From Nitrospirota bacterium (lineage in GTDB: Bacteria > Nitrospirota > UBA9217): a stretch of 64,000 nt of DNA. Where the stretch lies: NCBI GenBank assembly GCA_963751455.1, contig CAVVUN010000004.1, positions 1 to 64,000 on the forward strand, in the 5' to 3' direction. Positions 29,252-39,397 of this stretch are shown here, piece after piece. Numbering within the stretch: position 1 is the first letter of the stretch; every line of letters begins with the position of its first letter. The notes under the pieces are model-generated. The model was not told where the DNA came from and searched no databases. It saw only the letters and a list, made by a program, of their open reading frames with translations. A program made the translations under genes and the position numbers.

Positions 29252-29632
29252 ATGGATAGACCCGCCTTTGAAAAACTGGTTCAACAATCGCTCCGTCGCC
29301 TTCCGCGCAGATTCAAACAGAAACTCAAGAATATATCTATAGAAGTAGAGGACTATCCTTCGTCGGAGCTCTTGAGAGACATGGGCATAGAGCAAGGAAC
29401 TCTTTTCGGACTCTACCAGGGAGTTCCGCTTACCGAGCGGGAGTGGAATTTCGGCAATGTACTCCCGGACCGTATCGTTATTTATCAGGGACCCATAGAG
29501 AGGGAGGCGAAATCACCAGAGGAAATTGAAGAGATAGTCCTGGACACCGTAATGCATGAAATCGGGCATTATTTCGGCTTCGGCGATGAGGAATTGTATG
29601 AGATAGAAGATAATAAAAGAAAGAATAAATAA
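29252..29632 (+). CDS. Zincin-like metallopeptidase (Zincin_1/DUF1025-like)
   Basis: LFGLYQGVPLTER, PDRIVIYQGPI, TVMHEIGHYFG. Confidence 0.88.
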   Translation: MDRPAFEKLVQQSLRRLPRRFKQKLKNISIEVEDYPSSELLRDMGIEQGTLFGLYQGVPLTEREWNFGNVLPDRIVIYQGPIEREAKSPEEIEEIVLDTVMHEIGHYFGFGDEELYEIEDNKRKNK

Positions 29633-29643
29633 TCCTAAAAAAA

Positions 29644-29797
29644 GCAGTTGGGACGCAGAAAAATCGGATGAACGCAGATAAAGCTTGAAAAAAGTAATTT
29701 TCAACTTGTAAAAAGAATCACCCAATTGGTGAGTCGCATTTAATCAAAAAGACTTTGTTTTATCTGCGCAAATCTGCGTTCATCTGCGTCCAATTGC
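29644..29797. repeat. Periodic inverted repeat (ACGCAGAT-type arms)
   Basis: GGACGCAGAAAAATCGGATGAACGCAGATA … TATCTGCGCAAATCTGCGTTCATCTGCGTCC. Confidence 0.65.
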
Positions 29798-29889
29798 CGT
29801 TTTCCGGATAAACAGTGTGATATTCTCCAATCGTCACGTTCGATAAGATCCAGTAGCCCTCGATTTAAAAGCCTGCTGAAATTCATCTG

Positions 29890-30560
29890 AGAATTCTAGT
29901 TCACAATACCTGCAAAATTTCAAATTTTAATCGCAGCAAAATCGCAAAAATTGCCGAATGAAATCGCAAGAATTGCCGAAGCTGTGCAACTTTATGTTTT
30001 ACCCTAAAAATACCGGGTCCACAATTTTCATGTACTTTAGTCCTTTTTTCGTGTCAAAGACGGTTCAACACGGCCTCAAATTACAATTTGAATTTGCAAT
30101 TCTATAAGACCTTAGTTATAGTTAAACCCTATTCATAAAAAAATCAGCATTTAAGTATCGGGGAGGCAGCAGTGGGAAGAAATGCGATCTTTTCGTTTTT
30201 CCAATCCGCAAGCACCCTCGGCCGTGCGAGGCCAAAAGTGGTTTTTTATCTTTTCCTGATCCTGGCTTTTATCATTCTTTTTCCGGTGATGAGCTATGCC
30301 GCTGACAATAACCTCGAAAAAGACGTGCAGACCAGCCTTGAGCAGAGCAGGGCAATTGTCATTATCATCCGGAATAAGATCCAATCCGACTCTTCCATTT
30401 CCGCAGAAATCGCACAGCTTAAAAAAGAAGCGGAGAATATCCGGGTATCTCACATGCTCCTTGATGAGCGGTTCAAGCTCAGGGAGGAGAAGATCAAGTC
30501 CCTTGGATACAAGGCACAGGAACGGCATCAGGCAATGGCCGAAGGATACCGGAAGGCTTT
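29890..30560 (+). repeat. Near-identical direct repeat, copy 1 (upstream region + 5' end of transglutaminase gene); copy 2 at ~42301-42970
   Basis: Side-by-side reading shows only scattered mismatches over ~670 bp. Confidence 0.9.
30076..30122 (+). promoter_or_regulatory. Putative sigma70 promoter with adjacent palindromic operator (repeated at 42488-42534)
   Basis: TCAAATT-AC-AATTTGA palindrome immediately before TTGCAA-17 bp-TATAGT. Confidence 0.5.
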
Positions 30561-33500
30561 GACGGATTATTTGGCGCTCATAGATGAAATACCATTGAGT
30601 AGTCAGGAGACAGTAGACAGGAGACAGGAGAAAATTAACAAACTCAAGAACCTCCTCGATAAGATCACTCCGAAAAAGAAACGGCAGATTATTGGAAGCC
30701 TGCCGTACAAGCACTTGAATTATCCTGCTGTCGAACCAAGCACAGCATCCGAAATCACGCCTGCATACAGGGGCGGGAACAAGACTGTGACCCCCGATGA
30801 CACCAAGAGCACCGAATCAGCGCCTATTTCGAAAACGATCTCTGAACTCGCTCAGTCATTGAACTGGCAGCCGGTTGCCATCTACGAATACGTAAAAAAT
30901 TCCATCGAAACCGAATGGTACTGGGGCTGTCAGAAGGGCGCGGAGGAAACTCTGCGCCAGAAGAGCGGCAACGACTGTGATCAGGCGCTGCTCCTCTCAG
31001 CCCTCCTCAAATCTGCAGGATTCCCGACGAGGCTGGTTCGGGCAAATATCCAGTTCTTCGCATCCGACGATAAACCTATCGAGAGAGTCAAGAACCTCAT
31101 TGGCATTGATGATCCATGGAAGATCGCGGAGTTCTTTCAGAAGGCGGGAATACCATATAAACCCATCATTGCGGGCGGAACGATCCGGAATTTCGAAATT
31201 TCTCACATTTACGTCGAATCGCTTATCCCGATGGCGAACTATCGGGGCGTGGTCATCGACGAACTTGGAAAGACCTGGCTTGGACTTGATACCTCGATAA
31301 AAACCACGGATTATGTTTACAACAATGCAAAGGATATATTCCAGGAGCCAGGGGTCAGTAGTCAGTTGTCAGGAGTTCGGGACGAATATCTAAGCGCGGT
31401 TCAGACCCTCACGCCGCTTGAATTCCTCCAATCGCGCATCAACTCTGAACTTGGAACTCTGAACTCTGAACTTACTTACAGCAATTTTCTTCGCACCAGG
31501 ACGCTCCCTCCCCATAACATGAAAATTCTTCCCTACGGCATGCAGTTCATCGAAAAGACAATCACTGGCGAATACACAGACATCCCGGATGAGTTGACGC
31601 ATAAAGTACGTTTCATCGCCAAAGATACTCAGAACTCTGAACTCCTGAACGTTGAACTCGATACATACAAACTCAGCAATCAGCAGGTAGCGATAAGCTA
31701 TGAGCCAGAATCCGTCGAGGACCAGGCGATCATTAATTCCTACGGAGGGCTGGATAATACGCCCTCGTATTTGGTGAGATTGCGTTCGGTTTTGAAGATA
31801 AATAACGAACGAATTGTCGTAGCGGCAGGGGGGCTTCCGATGGGATCGGATTATAATCTGACCATCGAGATATATTCGCCCTCAATAAACGGGAGCGATG
31901 CACTTGCGCAGACGATAACCAACACCCTGATCGTCGGCAACCTCTCGGTTATCGGCATTACAGCAGGGAAAGCCGCTCTTACTCCCTCGCCCCTTGCGGG
32001 AGAGGGCGGGGGTGAGGGGGAAAAAGACGCTGAACGGCTACTGTATGAGGCAGCGCAGCATTATATCGACAGATGGAATCAAGCCGAAGACGAACTTGCG
32101 TCGCTCCTTCATCTCACAATTGCCCGTCCGCTCCCGACTGTCATCACGGTCGGCGGTGTTATAGATATTGATTATCTGCTGGATATGCCTCACGGGTTCA
32201 CCTGGAAAGGCGTGTATGTGGATGCAGACCTACGAACAATAGAGATCGTGAGGAATGAGGCAGGAGGCGTGAGGGGAGAAGCAGAGAAAATATTCATGCA
32301 GCTTTCTTCATTGCAGGGTTCCGTACTCGAAAACAGGATATTTGAAGATGATTTTCAGGTTGAAAGTATTTCCACGGCAAAGTTGATCGGGAGAGCACAG
32401 GGCACTGAACCCGGAATACAGATGCTGACGATAGACAAAGCGAACATCAACACTGTTCTGCCGACGCTTACGCTGGATGATAATGTCAAAGAAGATATCA
32501 CGAATGCAGTTAATCAAAATCTTACTGTTTATATTCCACAAACTACGAGCTATGCGCTATCAGCTATCAACTACATGGACTGGGCCGGGATCGGCTGGAT
32601 CAAAGAAAACGCCACAACCGGCGAATCCGGCTGGATGCTTTCCGGGTCAATCGCGGGCGGCATGACGGCAAAGAAAAAGGAGCAATGGATCAATCAGGAT
32701 ATCGCAAACGAACTGAGTCTGCCGTATACTCCCGGGGTAAATCAGGACCCGAATGCAGTGGCAACCCTCGTTCGGATCAATAGAGCAATGGGGGACTACC
32801 AGAAAGGAACGGTAGGAGAACAATTGTACACGCCCTTCGAAGTCATGGCACGAGACAGCACGGGCAGAGCGGTAAAGGGCGTTCTTGTGACGTTTAAAAC
32901 CATCGCGGGAGGCGGCGTGCTCATGGGCGCCAATCCCGATGGGTCCGGAAATCCCATTACGGGAACGGAAATTACCGTTAAAACGGGACCCAATGGCATC
33001 GCTTGGGCAGTGCTCACGTTGGGCCAAGAGACGACTGCATCACCTTACTGGTTGGAAGATACGCCCCACTGGACCCTTGTGGGCCTGAACCAGGTCACGG
33101 CATCAGCCCAGGCGGCCACGGGTACGATCTATACCGACAAGCCCTTCGAAGCGTACGGAAGACCCGGAAAAGCCGTAAAAATTACTAAAGTCAGCGGAGA
33201 TCAGCTTTATGGCAGCGTCAATACGTTCTCCGGAACGATATCGACAATAGTGCAAGATCAATATGATAATCCAGTCTCGAACCAGACGGTCACGTTCACG
33301 GTCCGGCCCCAGGACTTCGGACCAATCGCGCCGACAGGAGCGGACATCCAAAACGCAGCTATATTCGGAAATACAGAAGACTGCCCCATGCCTGCAGTCC
33401 GCTCTTGTCCTACCGCAACGACCAATTTATCAAAGCAAACAGACAGCTCCGGAGCGCTGGCCTATGTGATCATGGGGAATACGGATGACACTCTCTATAC

Positions 33501-33996
33501 AATAAGAGCACAAACCACGATCATTAATCAACAAGGACAAAGTCAGAATCTCTTTGTCGATTTCCAGCACTATGTCGCACCCCGGCCAAGGACAGGCGGC
33601 AAGATAGCAGACCCATACCTGAGCGTAGTCTCAGTCTACTCCGTGGACGAGAAGGGAAGGGAGATAGACGCCGGGAATCCGGGCCAAGTCTTCCCTGAAA
33701 AACTGACGGCAGCGATGTACTTTACCCAAGAGAAACCCGTGGAAGGGACCTGCCAGGGCAGCAGAATATTCACTACGGAACCGGTTACTGATGCAACCAT
33801 GCGCTTCACACCGACGCAGGGCGGAGGAAGCGTCAATCCTACATCTCTCACGTCAGGACAAAATGGTTTCTATTCCACAACCTTGTCTTTAGGGCCGCAG
33901 CGGGAAAAACATTATCCAAGCCGATGGATCCGTAACCAAGACCGTTCAAAAGGCGGACTCATTCGGAAATTGCACAGAAACCACCACGGAATATAA
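30172..33996 (+). CDS. Secreted transglutaminase-like + Ig-like protein, copy A, N-terminal part (frameshift at ~33901 joins it to 34007-36745)
   Basis: GTG after GGAGG; signal peptide …VMSYA|A; C-H-D triad SGNDCDQA, ISHIYVE, WLGLDTS; Big_1-like segments; paralogous to 42584-49192. Confidence 0.8.
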   Translation: MGRNAIFSFFQSASTLGRARPKVVFYLFLILAFIILFPVMSYAADNNLEKDVQTSLEQSRAIVIIIRNKIQSDSSISAEIAQLKKEAENIRVSHMLLDERFKLREEKIKSLGYKAQERHQAMAEGYRKALTDYLALIDEIPLSSQETVDRRQEKINKLKNLLDKITPKKKRQIIGSLPYKHLNYPAVEPSTASEITPAYRGGNKTVTPDDTKSTESAPISKTISELAQSLNWQPVAIYEYVKNSIETEWYWGCQKGAEETLRQKSGNDCDQALLLSALLKSAGFPTRLVRANIQFFASDDKPIERVKNLIGIDDPWKIAEFFQKAGIPYKPIIAGGTIRNFEISHIYVESLIPMANYRGVVIDELGKTWLGLDTSIKTTDYVYNNAKDIFQEPGVSSQLSGVRDEYLSAVQTLTPLEFLQSRINSELGTLNSELTYSNFLRTRTLPPHNMKILPYGMQFIEKTITGEYTDIPDELTHKVRFIAKDTQNSELLNVELDTYKLSNQQVAISYEPESVEDQAIINSYGGLDNTPSYLVRLRSVLKINNERIVVAAGGLPMGSDYNLTIEIYSPSINGSDALAQTITNTLIVGNLSVIGITAGKAALTPSPLAGEGGGEGEKDAERLLYEAAQHYIDRWNQAEDELASLLHLTIARPLPTVITVGGVIDIDYLLDMPHGFTWKGVYVDADLRTIEIVRNEAGGVRGEAEKIFMQLSSLQGSVLENRIFEDDFQVESISTAKLIGRAQGTEPGIQMLTIDKANINTVLPTLTLDDNVKEDITNAVNQNLTVYIPQTTSYALSAINYMDWAGIGWIKENATTGESGWMLSGSIAGGMTAKKKEQWINQDIANELSLPYTPGVNQDPNAVATLVRINRAMGDYQKGTVGEQLYTPFEVMARDSTGRAVKGVLVTFKTIAGGGVLMGANPDGSGNPITGTEITVKTGPNGIAWAVLTLGQETTASPYWLEDTPHWTLVGLNQVTASAQAATGTIYTDKPFEAYGRPGKAVKITKVSGDQLYGSVNTFSGTISTIVQDQYDNPVSNQTVTFTVRPQDFGPIAPTGADIQNAAIFGNTEDCPMPAVRSCPTATTNLSKQTDSSGALAYVIMGNTDDTLYTIRAQTTIINQQGQSQNLFVDFQHYVAPRPRTGGKIADPYLSVVSVYSVDEKGREIDAGNPGQVFPEKLTAAMYFTQEKPVEGTCQGSRIFTTEPVTDATMRFTPTQGGGSVNPTSLTSGQNGFYSTTLSLGPQREKHYPSRWIRNQDRSKGGLIRKLHRNHHGI

Positions 33997-34006
33997 AGCA
34001 TCGACA

Positions 34007-36745
34007 ATGTTCGACATCTGGGGTGTCAAGACCACCTTGGAAGCGAATCAGCTTATCCTCATAAACGACGGTGGTTATCCCGTAGCCGACACACCGATCC
34101 AGTATACCGTCCAGCCGGGAGATTACCAGTACGGCAAACAGAATGTGTATATTAACGTCTACGAGAACAACGCATGGATGGGTCTGATCCAAGCGGACAT
34201 AAACGGCACTATCACCATAAGTCCCGGCGCAGCAAAGTTCGACATCACCAAGACCTACACGGGGGAGATCGTAGTGCGCAGCGGAGGGGATATTCAGATT
34301 AGAAGTGAAAAAGTGACACTTCCGGTGGCGCAGTTGCGGGTAATGACCGATGAAAGCACCCCGAAAGAGGCCAACGAGATCAAGTTCGGGAACGGGAGCA
34401 ATGCAAAGAAGCGCTATAGCATTGCGCTTGAGTCTCGTGCATTGATGACCACCTGTGTCAGCTTGTCCGGATCAATGCGTATTTTAGACAAGAACGGCCA
34501 GACTATTACCGTACCGGGGTCTCAAGATGAGTATTATGCTGCTGAATATCCTCTGGATTTTCACCCCACCTTAGATAACACATGTCACGTAACAGTAGAT
34601 ACATCTGGCGGCATGGACAAATTTATTCTCTCAAATCTTCCGAAGACTATTTTAGAGGATCGAAATACCGTGTCTGATGACACGGCAGTACTCTATGGCG
34701 GCATAGGCAATATCGTCCAAGTGAATATAAATGGTGTAAAGAAGGACATCTCAATTGAACCCGTCGGTGTTATCGTCTTGGGGATCGATGGGTTGCGACA
34801 GGATGTATTATATGCGCCGGAAGAGCAACAGGTGAACCCTCTGGGGACACAATCGCCATATTATGTTGAACCGTCACAGATGAATGGGTTATGCGAAGTC
34901 TTAGGTGGCAAAAAGGGTGGCCTCTTCTCTCTCTTTTCCTGTGATACGGCGGGGTGGGAAAACAAACATCTTAAGTTCCAAAACGTGACTGCTGTTTTCC
35001 CCAGTATCACCCTGGCTTCCTGGGCGAGCATTTTTACCGGGATGATGCCGGGAACCACCATCGACAGCAATGGAAATAATATCGGAGGCACAGGCATTCT
35101 CGGCAATGAGTTCTTTGCAAGAGACCTATATCTTCAGAATGTTGGAGTTCCGCGGTATCTCGACGACAGTGGCGTTTTCCAACGAAAATATAATCCTGCA
35201 GGGATAATCTCATTCTCAAGCGGAGCATTTCAAGGTTACGATGAATATACCAACCCAGAAAAGATGACTCAAGGTTTCTTCGTTCCATATCAATTAAACT
35301 GGAACGAGTCTGCCAGCCCCGTCAGAACAGCGACTGCACAAGGTACGCCTCAAAACGACCCCGACATTCTCACAGCGCAGACTTTATTTGAACGCATAAC
35401 CGGTGACCCGGGCATGGGAAATGTCAAAAAATATTTCAGGGAGAAAGGCGGAGATCCCGTAGTCGTTGCGAATAACCATTATGCGCGAGGCGCATACTGG
35501 CTGACGTGGGATTTAAACATATACGGCACCTCGGCAGAGACACTCGATGCTCAGAGTTGGGACAAATTTGATGATTATCTGCAAGGTAAATACACGGATG
35601 GCATAGGCGGCATATTGGGCAGAAACAAGACGCCATTTTCAGCTCTAACCGTGTGGTATCTTCCAGGTCTCGATCATTACGCACATGTCAGTGGCATGGA
35701 TGGGTATAAAAGCTATTTCCGCACGACGACGGATAGCTATATCAGGAAAGTTGTAGACAAGCTTAAGGGACTAGATGAGTTTGATAATAAAATATTCATC
35801 CTCACCGCCGATCACGGCCATACAGCAATGCCGCTGCCGGAGCAAATGACTCTGGAAGAAAAGGACGAGAATGGAAATGTTATTCAGACATGGTACGGCG
35901 ACGCCTCCGACGAATTGAAGGTTGACAAGTTCGGAAACAAGAAGGTCCAATTCTCCGAACTTGCCAATAACAATCTTCACATTTGGGAGTTGGCGAATCT
36001 GTTCGCTCAATTTCCGGATCCAAATATTTCATTGAAAGTTCTCGCACCCCAAGAAATCGCTAAAGTTTCAGACCTCTCTAAAGCAGCTACCGCTGATATT
36101 AATCAGGCAAATATAGTAGCGGCACTGAACGGCCCGATGGCTCATATTTATATAAAAGGGAGTGACTGGAAGAGTAACCCGGACTCTATGACCTTGAATT
36201 CCGTATTGGTCAACCTTAATAGAATTTTGCAGGCGGGAGATAGCGCAACGGGTAAGCTTGCAGAGAATATAAAGGAACATTTTCCCAGGCTAAGTTCTTC
36301 TATCGATATAATTCTCTTGAGAAGAAGTCTCGATGCCGAATATGAAGTGGTAGAAAATGTCGGCGAAGACGCGCATGGTAATGTCGTGGTAACGTCGAGT
36401 CCATTAAATGAATATTTTGATGCGCACCCTGAATATGTTGCGGCTGTGAGTAGAGTCAATGGGATGAATAACAAAGACAGAAGTGGAGATATTGTTCTCA
36501 TCATGAAAGATGAGATGAACAATGTTAGCAATCGCTTCACGACAGGTGTTTCTTGCAAATCATGGCATGGAAGTTTGAATAAGAGCGATTCATATGTTCC
36601 ATTAGTCGTTTCATATCCTGGAGGCAACAAGTTTGAACTTGGTACTGTTTTGAACACAACGTGTCCAAATAATAATTGCATCGGCAATTGGAAGTTATCA
36701 GATTTGGTGAAGGAAATCGTGACAACGCAATATTCAGGACAATAG
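34007..36745 (+). CDS. C-terminal part of copy A: alkaline phosphatase-superfamily (nucleotide pyrophosphatase/phosphodiesterase) domain
   Basis: LGIDGLRQD, FPSITLASWASIFTG, YLPGLDHYAH, TADHGH, SWHGS; homology to copy B continues upstream across the frameshift. Confidence 0.8.
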   Translation: MFDIWGVKTTLEANQLILINDGGYPVADTPIQYTVQPGDYQYGKQNVYINVYENNAWMGLIQADINGTITISPGAAKFDITKTYTGEIVVRSGGDIQIRSEKVTLPVAQLRVMTDESTPKEANEIKFGNGSNAKKRYSIALESRALMTTCVSLSGSMRILDKNGQTITVPGSQDEYYAAEYPLDFHPTLDNTCHVTVDTSGGMDKFILSNLPKTILEDRNTVSDDTAVLYGGIGNIVQVNINGVKKDISIEPVGVIVLGIDGLRQDVLYAPEEQQVNPLGTQSPYYVEPSQMNGLCEVLGGKKGGLFSLFSCDTAGWENKHLKFQNVTAVFPSITLASWASIFTGMMPGTTIDSNGNNIGGTGILGNEFFARDLYLQNVGVPRYLDDSGVFQRKYNPAGIISFSSGAFQGYDEYTNPEKMTQGFFVPYQLNWNESASPVRTATAQGTPQNDPDILTAQTLFERITGDPGMGNVKKYFREKGGDPVVVANNHYARGAYWLTWDLNIYGTSAETLDAQSWDKFDDYLQGKYTDGIGGILGRNKTPFSALTVWYLPGLDHYAHVSGMDGYKSYFRTTTDSYIRKVVDKLKGLDEFDNKIFILTADHGHTAMPLPEQMTLEEKDENGNVIQTWYGDASDELKVDKFGNKKVQFSELANNNLHIWELANLFAQFPDPNISLKVLAPQEIAKVSDLSKAATADINQANIVAALNGPMAHIYIKGSDWKSNPDSMTLNSVLVNLNRILQAGDSATGKLAENIKEHFPRLSSSIDIILLRRSLDAEYEVVENVGEDAHGNVVVTSSPLNEYFDAHPEYVAAVSRVNGMNNKDRSGDIVLIMKDEMNNVSNRFTTGVSCKSWHGSLNKSDSYVPLVVSYPGGNKFELGTVLNTTCPNNNCIGNWKLSDLVKEIVTTQYSGQ

Positions 36746-36757
36746 GGAGGCAAGACC

Positions 36758-37657
36758 ATGAGAAACAAATCGCTTATTATTTCATTCATCGTACTATTTC
36801 TTATTCCCTTAACGGGTTTTTCACAAACCGTCTCCGATTATTTAATCCTTCAAGATATGGGTTCCTATAAATTAGATAGACCGGAAAAAATGCTTCCTGG
36901 AAGACCCCCGATGGGTGGGCCTGAGACATTTGATAGTCCAGGGGTCATTGGTGCCGCAGATCACTTTTCTTTAGATCATACTGATAAAACTTACAAAGTA
37001 ATGTACATCGGCGGGAACGGGCTTCCATCCCCCACCGTTAAAGTCACCAAACACTCCAGCTCCGATTCAGACAAGTGGCTGCTGCATGAGGTAGAGGATA
37101 GTTATAGGAACAATGATGACTCAGATAAAAGGTTGGGTCTATTGTCGGGCGCCGGTGTCAAGATACGAGAGATCGCCGGCAACAAATTTATCTATTGGGG
37201 GTTAGGAGGCGGCAGCTACACCTGGATCAGTGGTCAAAAAGTGATTGAAATAAAATATACGGATTTACAAAGAACAAAACCAGAACCAATCGAGGTCATT
37301 CAAGCGTATCTTCAAAAGCACCCTTCCACGATAACTTCAACCTTTGTGTTTGACCAAGTACACGATGTCCAATGGATCAAAGACGAAATGGACCGTCGTC
37401 TGTGGTTGTGCGACAAGTGGTTCTATCAATTGCAGCTTGAGAAAGTTCAGCAGAATGAGGTATTCCAACAGGCCGTCAAGAGCATGAATGTCTTCCTTGA
37501 TTACCGGGAGAAATACTACGGGATCAAAGCAGTGGATGAAAAAAATTTACTTTCTTCTTATCTGAACACGAACAACGGCACGGGCATCAAGGCAAAGCTC
37601 AAAGAATACAAGGACTGGTGGGCGCTCAATAAAGATAAGGCTATCACCCTTTCTTAG
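36758..37657 (+). CDS. Secreted hypothetical protein (partner family, copy 1)
   Basis: Signal peptide; conserved C-terminus WIKDEMDRRLWLCDKWF…KLKEYKDWWALNKDKAITL shared with 37745 and 49206. Confidence 0.85.
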   Translation: MRNKSLIISFIVLFLIPLTGFSQTVSDYLILQDMGSYKLDRPEKMLPGRPPMGGPETFDSPGVIGAADHFSLDHTDKTYKVMYIGGNGLPSPTVKVTKHSSSDSDKWLLHEVEDSYRNNDDSDKRLGLLSGAGVKIREIAGNKFIYWGLGGGSYTWISGQKVIEIKYTDLQRTKPEPIEVIQAYLQKHPSTITSTFVFDQVHDVQWIKDEMDRRLWLCDKWFYQLQLEKVQQNEVFQQAVKSMNVFLDYREKYYGIKAVDEKNLLSSYLNTNNGTGIKAKLKEYKDWWALNKDKAITLS

Positions 37658-37744
37658 GAGAATCTTGTAGGGCATTTGTTCCTACGGTGCATAGAGGACT
37701 TGGTAAAAGAAACTCAATATTAAGTCAGTAGGAAGGCACACCGA

Positions 37745-38632
37745 ATGAAAATCAACCGCATGGCAACATCACTAATCTTTTTTCTTCTTCCAGCATCAGG
37801 CTTCTCTCAGAGTTTCTCTGATTATTTAATTTTACAAGATATCAGCCCATACAAGCTAGAAGCGGCTCAGAAGGTAGTGGGCGGCTATATCGGTGGCCCA
37901 CGTGTGTTCGATGGTGCGGGCATCATTGCTCCTACAGGTCATTTCTATCTTGATCACACTGACAAAACATATGAGGCCTATTATGAAGGGGGAAGCACTT
38001 TGTCTTCTGTAACAGTACAAGTCACCAAACACTCCGGCTCTGATTCAGATAAGTGGCTGGTGCATGAGGTAGAGGATAGTTACCGTGATGGTGATAATTC
38101 GGATAATAGACTTGGCTTGTTGTCTGGAGCCGGCGTCAAGATACGAGACATCGTCGGAAGTAAATTCATCTATTGGGGGTTAGGGGGCGGCAATTACACT
38201 TGGACTAGCGGTCAAAAAGTGATCGAAATAAAATATACAGATTTGCAACGAACAAAACCAGAACCAATCGAGGTTGTTCAAGCGTATCTTCAAAAGCACC
38301 CTTCCACGATACCCTCAACCTTTGTGTTTGACCAAGCACATGACATCCAATGGATCAAAGACGAAATGGACCGCCGCCTGTGGCTATGCGACAAGTGGTT
38401 TCTGCAAATTACGCTTAAGAAAGCCGATGAAAAGCAGGTTTACCAGGAATCCGTCAAGAGCATGAACATCTTCCTCGATTACCGCGAGAAATATTACGGT
38501 ATTAAGGCGGCGGACGAAAAAAATCTCCTTGCCGGGTACTTAAGCACAAACAACGGCACGGGTATAAAGACCAAATTGAAAGAGTATAAAGATTGGTGGG
38601 CACTCAATAAAGACAAGGCGATTACCCTGTAA
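37745..38632 (+). CDS. Secreted hypothetical protein (partner family, copy 2)
   Basis: Paralog of 36758-37657 with a divergent N-terminal third. Confidence 0.85.
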   Translation: MKINRMATSLIFFLLPASGFSQSFSDYLILQDISPYKLEAAQKVVGGYIGGPRVFDGAGIIAPTGHFYLDHTDKTYEAYYEGGSTLSSVTVQVTKHSGSDSDKWLVHEVEDSYRDGDNSDNRLGLLSGAGVKIRDIVGSKFIYWGLGGGNYTWTSGQKVIEIKYTDLQRTKPEPIEVVQAYLQKHPSTIPSTFVFDQAHDIQWIKDEMDRRLWLCDKWFLQITLKKADEKQVYQESVKSMNIFLDYREKYYGIKAADEKNLLAGYLSTNNGTGIKTKLKEYKDWWALNKDKAITL

Positions 38633-38643
38633 TAGAGGTTGAG

Positions 38644-39069
38644 ATGAAATTTAATCCATTATTTTCAATACTGGTAATTACATGTGCAATTAGTTCTATC
38701 GCTATAGCAGAGCAAGAACAAACCTTTCAAGTACTAAAAATATCATCTCAAGATCAGAGGGCAGTTATCAAAAACTCTGAAGGGAATGTGCAGATCATCA
38801 AGGCAGGGGACGTGATTGGTGATGGCAGCAAAGTTACAGAGATAACTGAGGGACGAGTTGTTCTGGAAGAAAAGAACGGCAACGAGGTGGAGACTGTTAT
38901 CATCAGGCTGGAAGACGGGAAACAGCGGGTAGAGAGAATCAAGAAGCTTGGCGAAAAACAGCCGGAGTTTTATGCGGTCAAAGCGCCTAAAGAGCAAAAG
39001 AAATGGCGCGAGCCTGTGAAGGAGAAGAAGAAACAGAAAAAGCCTAAGAAAGATAAAGCTGCAAAGTAG
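38644..39069 (+). CDS. PilP/GspC-HR-like periplasmic protein with Lys-rich tail
   Basis: Signal peptide; RAVIKNSEGNVQIIKAGDVIGDGSKVTEITEGRVVLEE resembles the PilP beta-sandwich pattern. Confidence 0.6.
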   Translation: MKFNPLFSILVITCAISSIAIAEQEQTFQVLKISSQDQRAVIKNSEGNVQIIKAGDVIGDGSKVTEITEGRVVLEEKNGNEVETVIIRLEDGKQRVERIKKLGEKQPEFYAVKAPKEQKKWREPVKEKKKQKKPKKDKAAK

Positions 39070-39134
39070 GCTTTATTGAAGATTAGGTTTAACGAGGCAA
39101 CGCCTCAGGTCAATAAATAAACCAACACCCTTGA

Positions 39135-39249
39135 ACCGCGAAGGCGCGAGGAGCGCGAAGAGAACCATAAATAAGGGCCTTTTTCCAGTTTTAAACCAAG
39201 ATCATTATTTTGTTTTTGATTTCCTTCGCGTCTTTTGCGCCCCGGCGGT
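39135..39249. repeat. Periodic CGCGAAG inverted repeat (same family as 20922-21011)
   Basis: ACCGCGAAGGCGCGAGGAGCGCGAAG … CTTCGCGTCTTTTGCGCCCCGGCGGT; outer CAGGTCAA/TTGACCTG. Confidence 0.7.
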
Positions 39250-39397
39250 AAATGGTTGTGCTTTTGGTTTTGTCTTTGACCTGAAACTCAAAATTCAAGA
39301 TGCCTGTTCGTAACAGTACTTTAAATCGGTCAAAAAACTAAAATATTCTGAACAGCAGCAGGGAAGATGTTCATTTAGTTTCCTGGGAGGAGAGGCA

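Noticed and set aside
39131-39313. 60-aa ORF (MNREGARSAK…)
   Set aside because: Translation of a periodic hairpin repeat.
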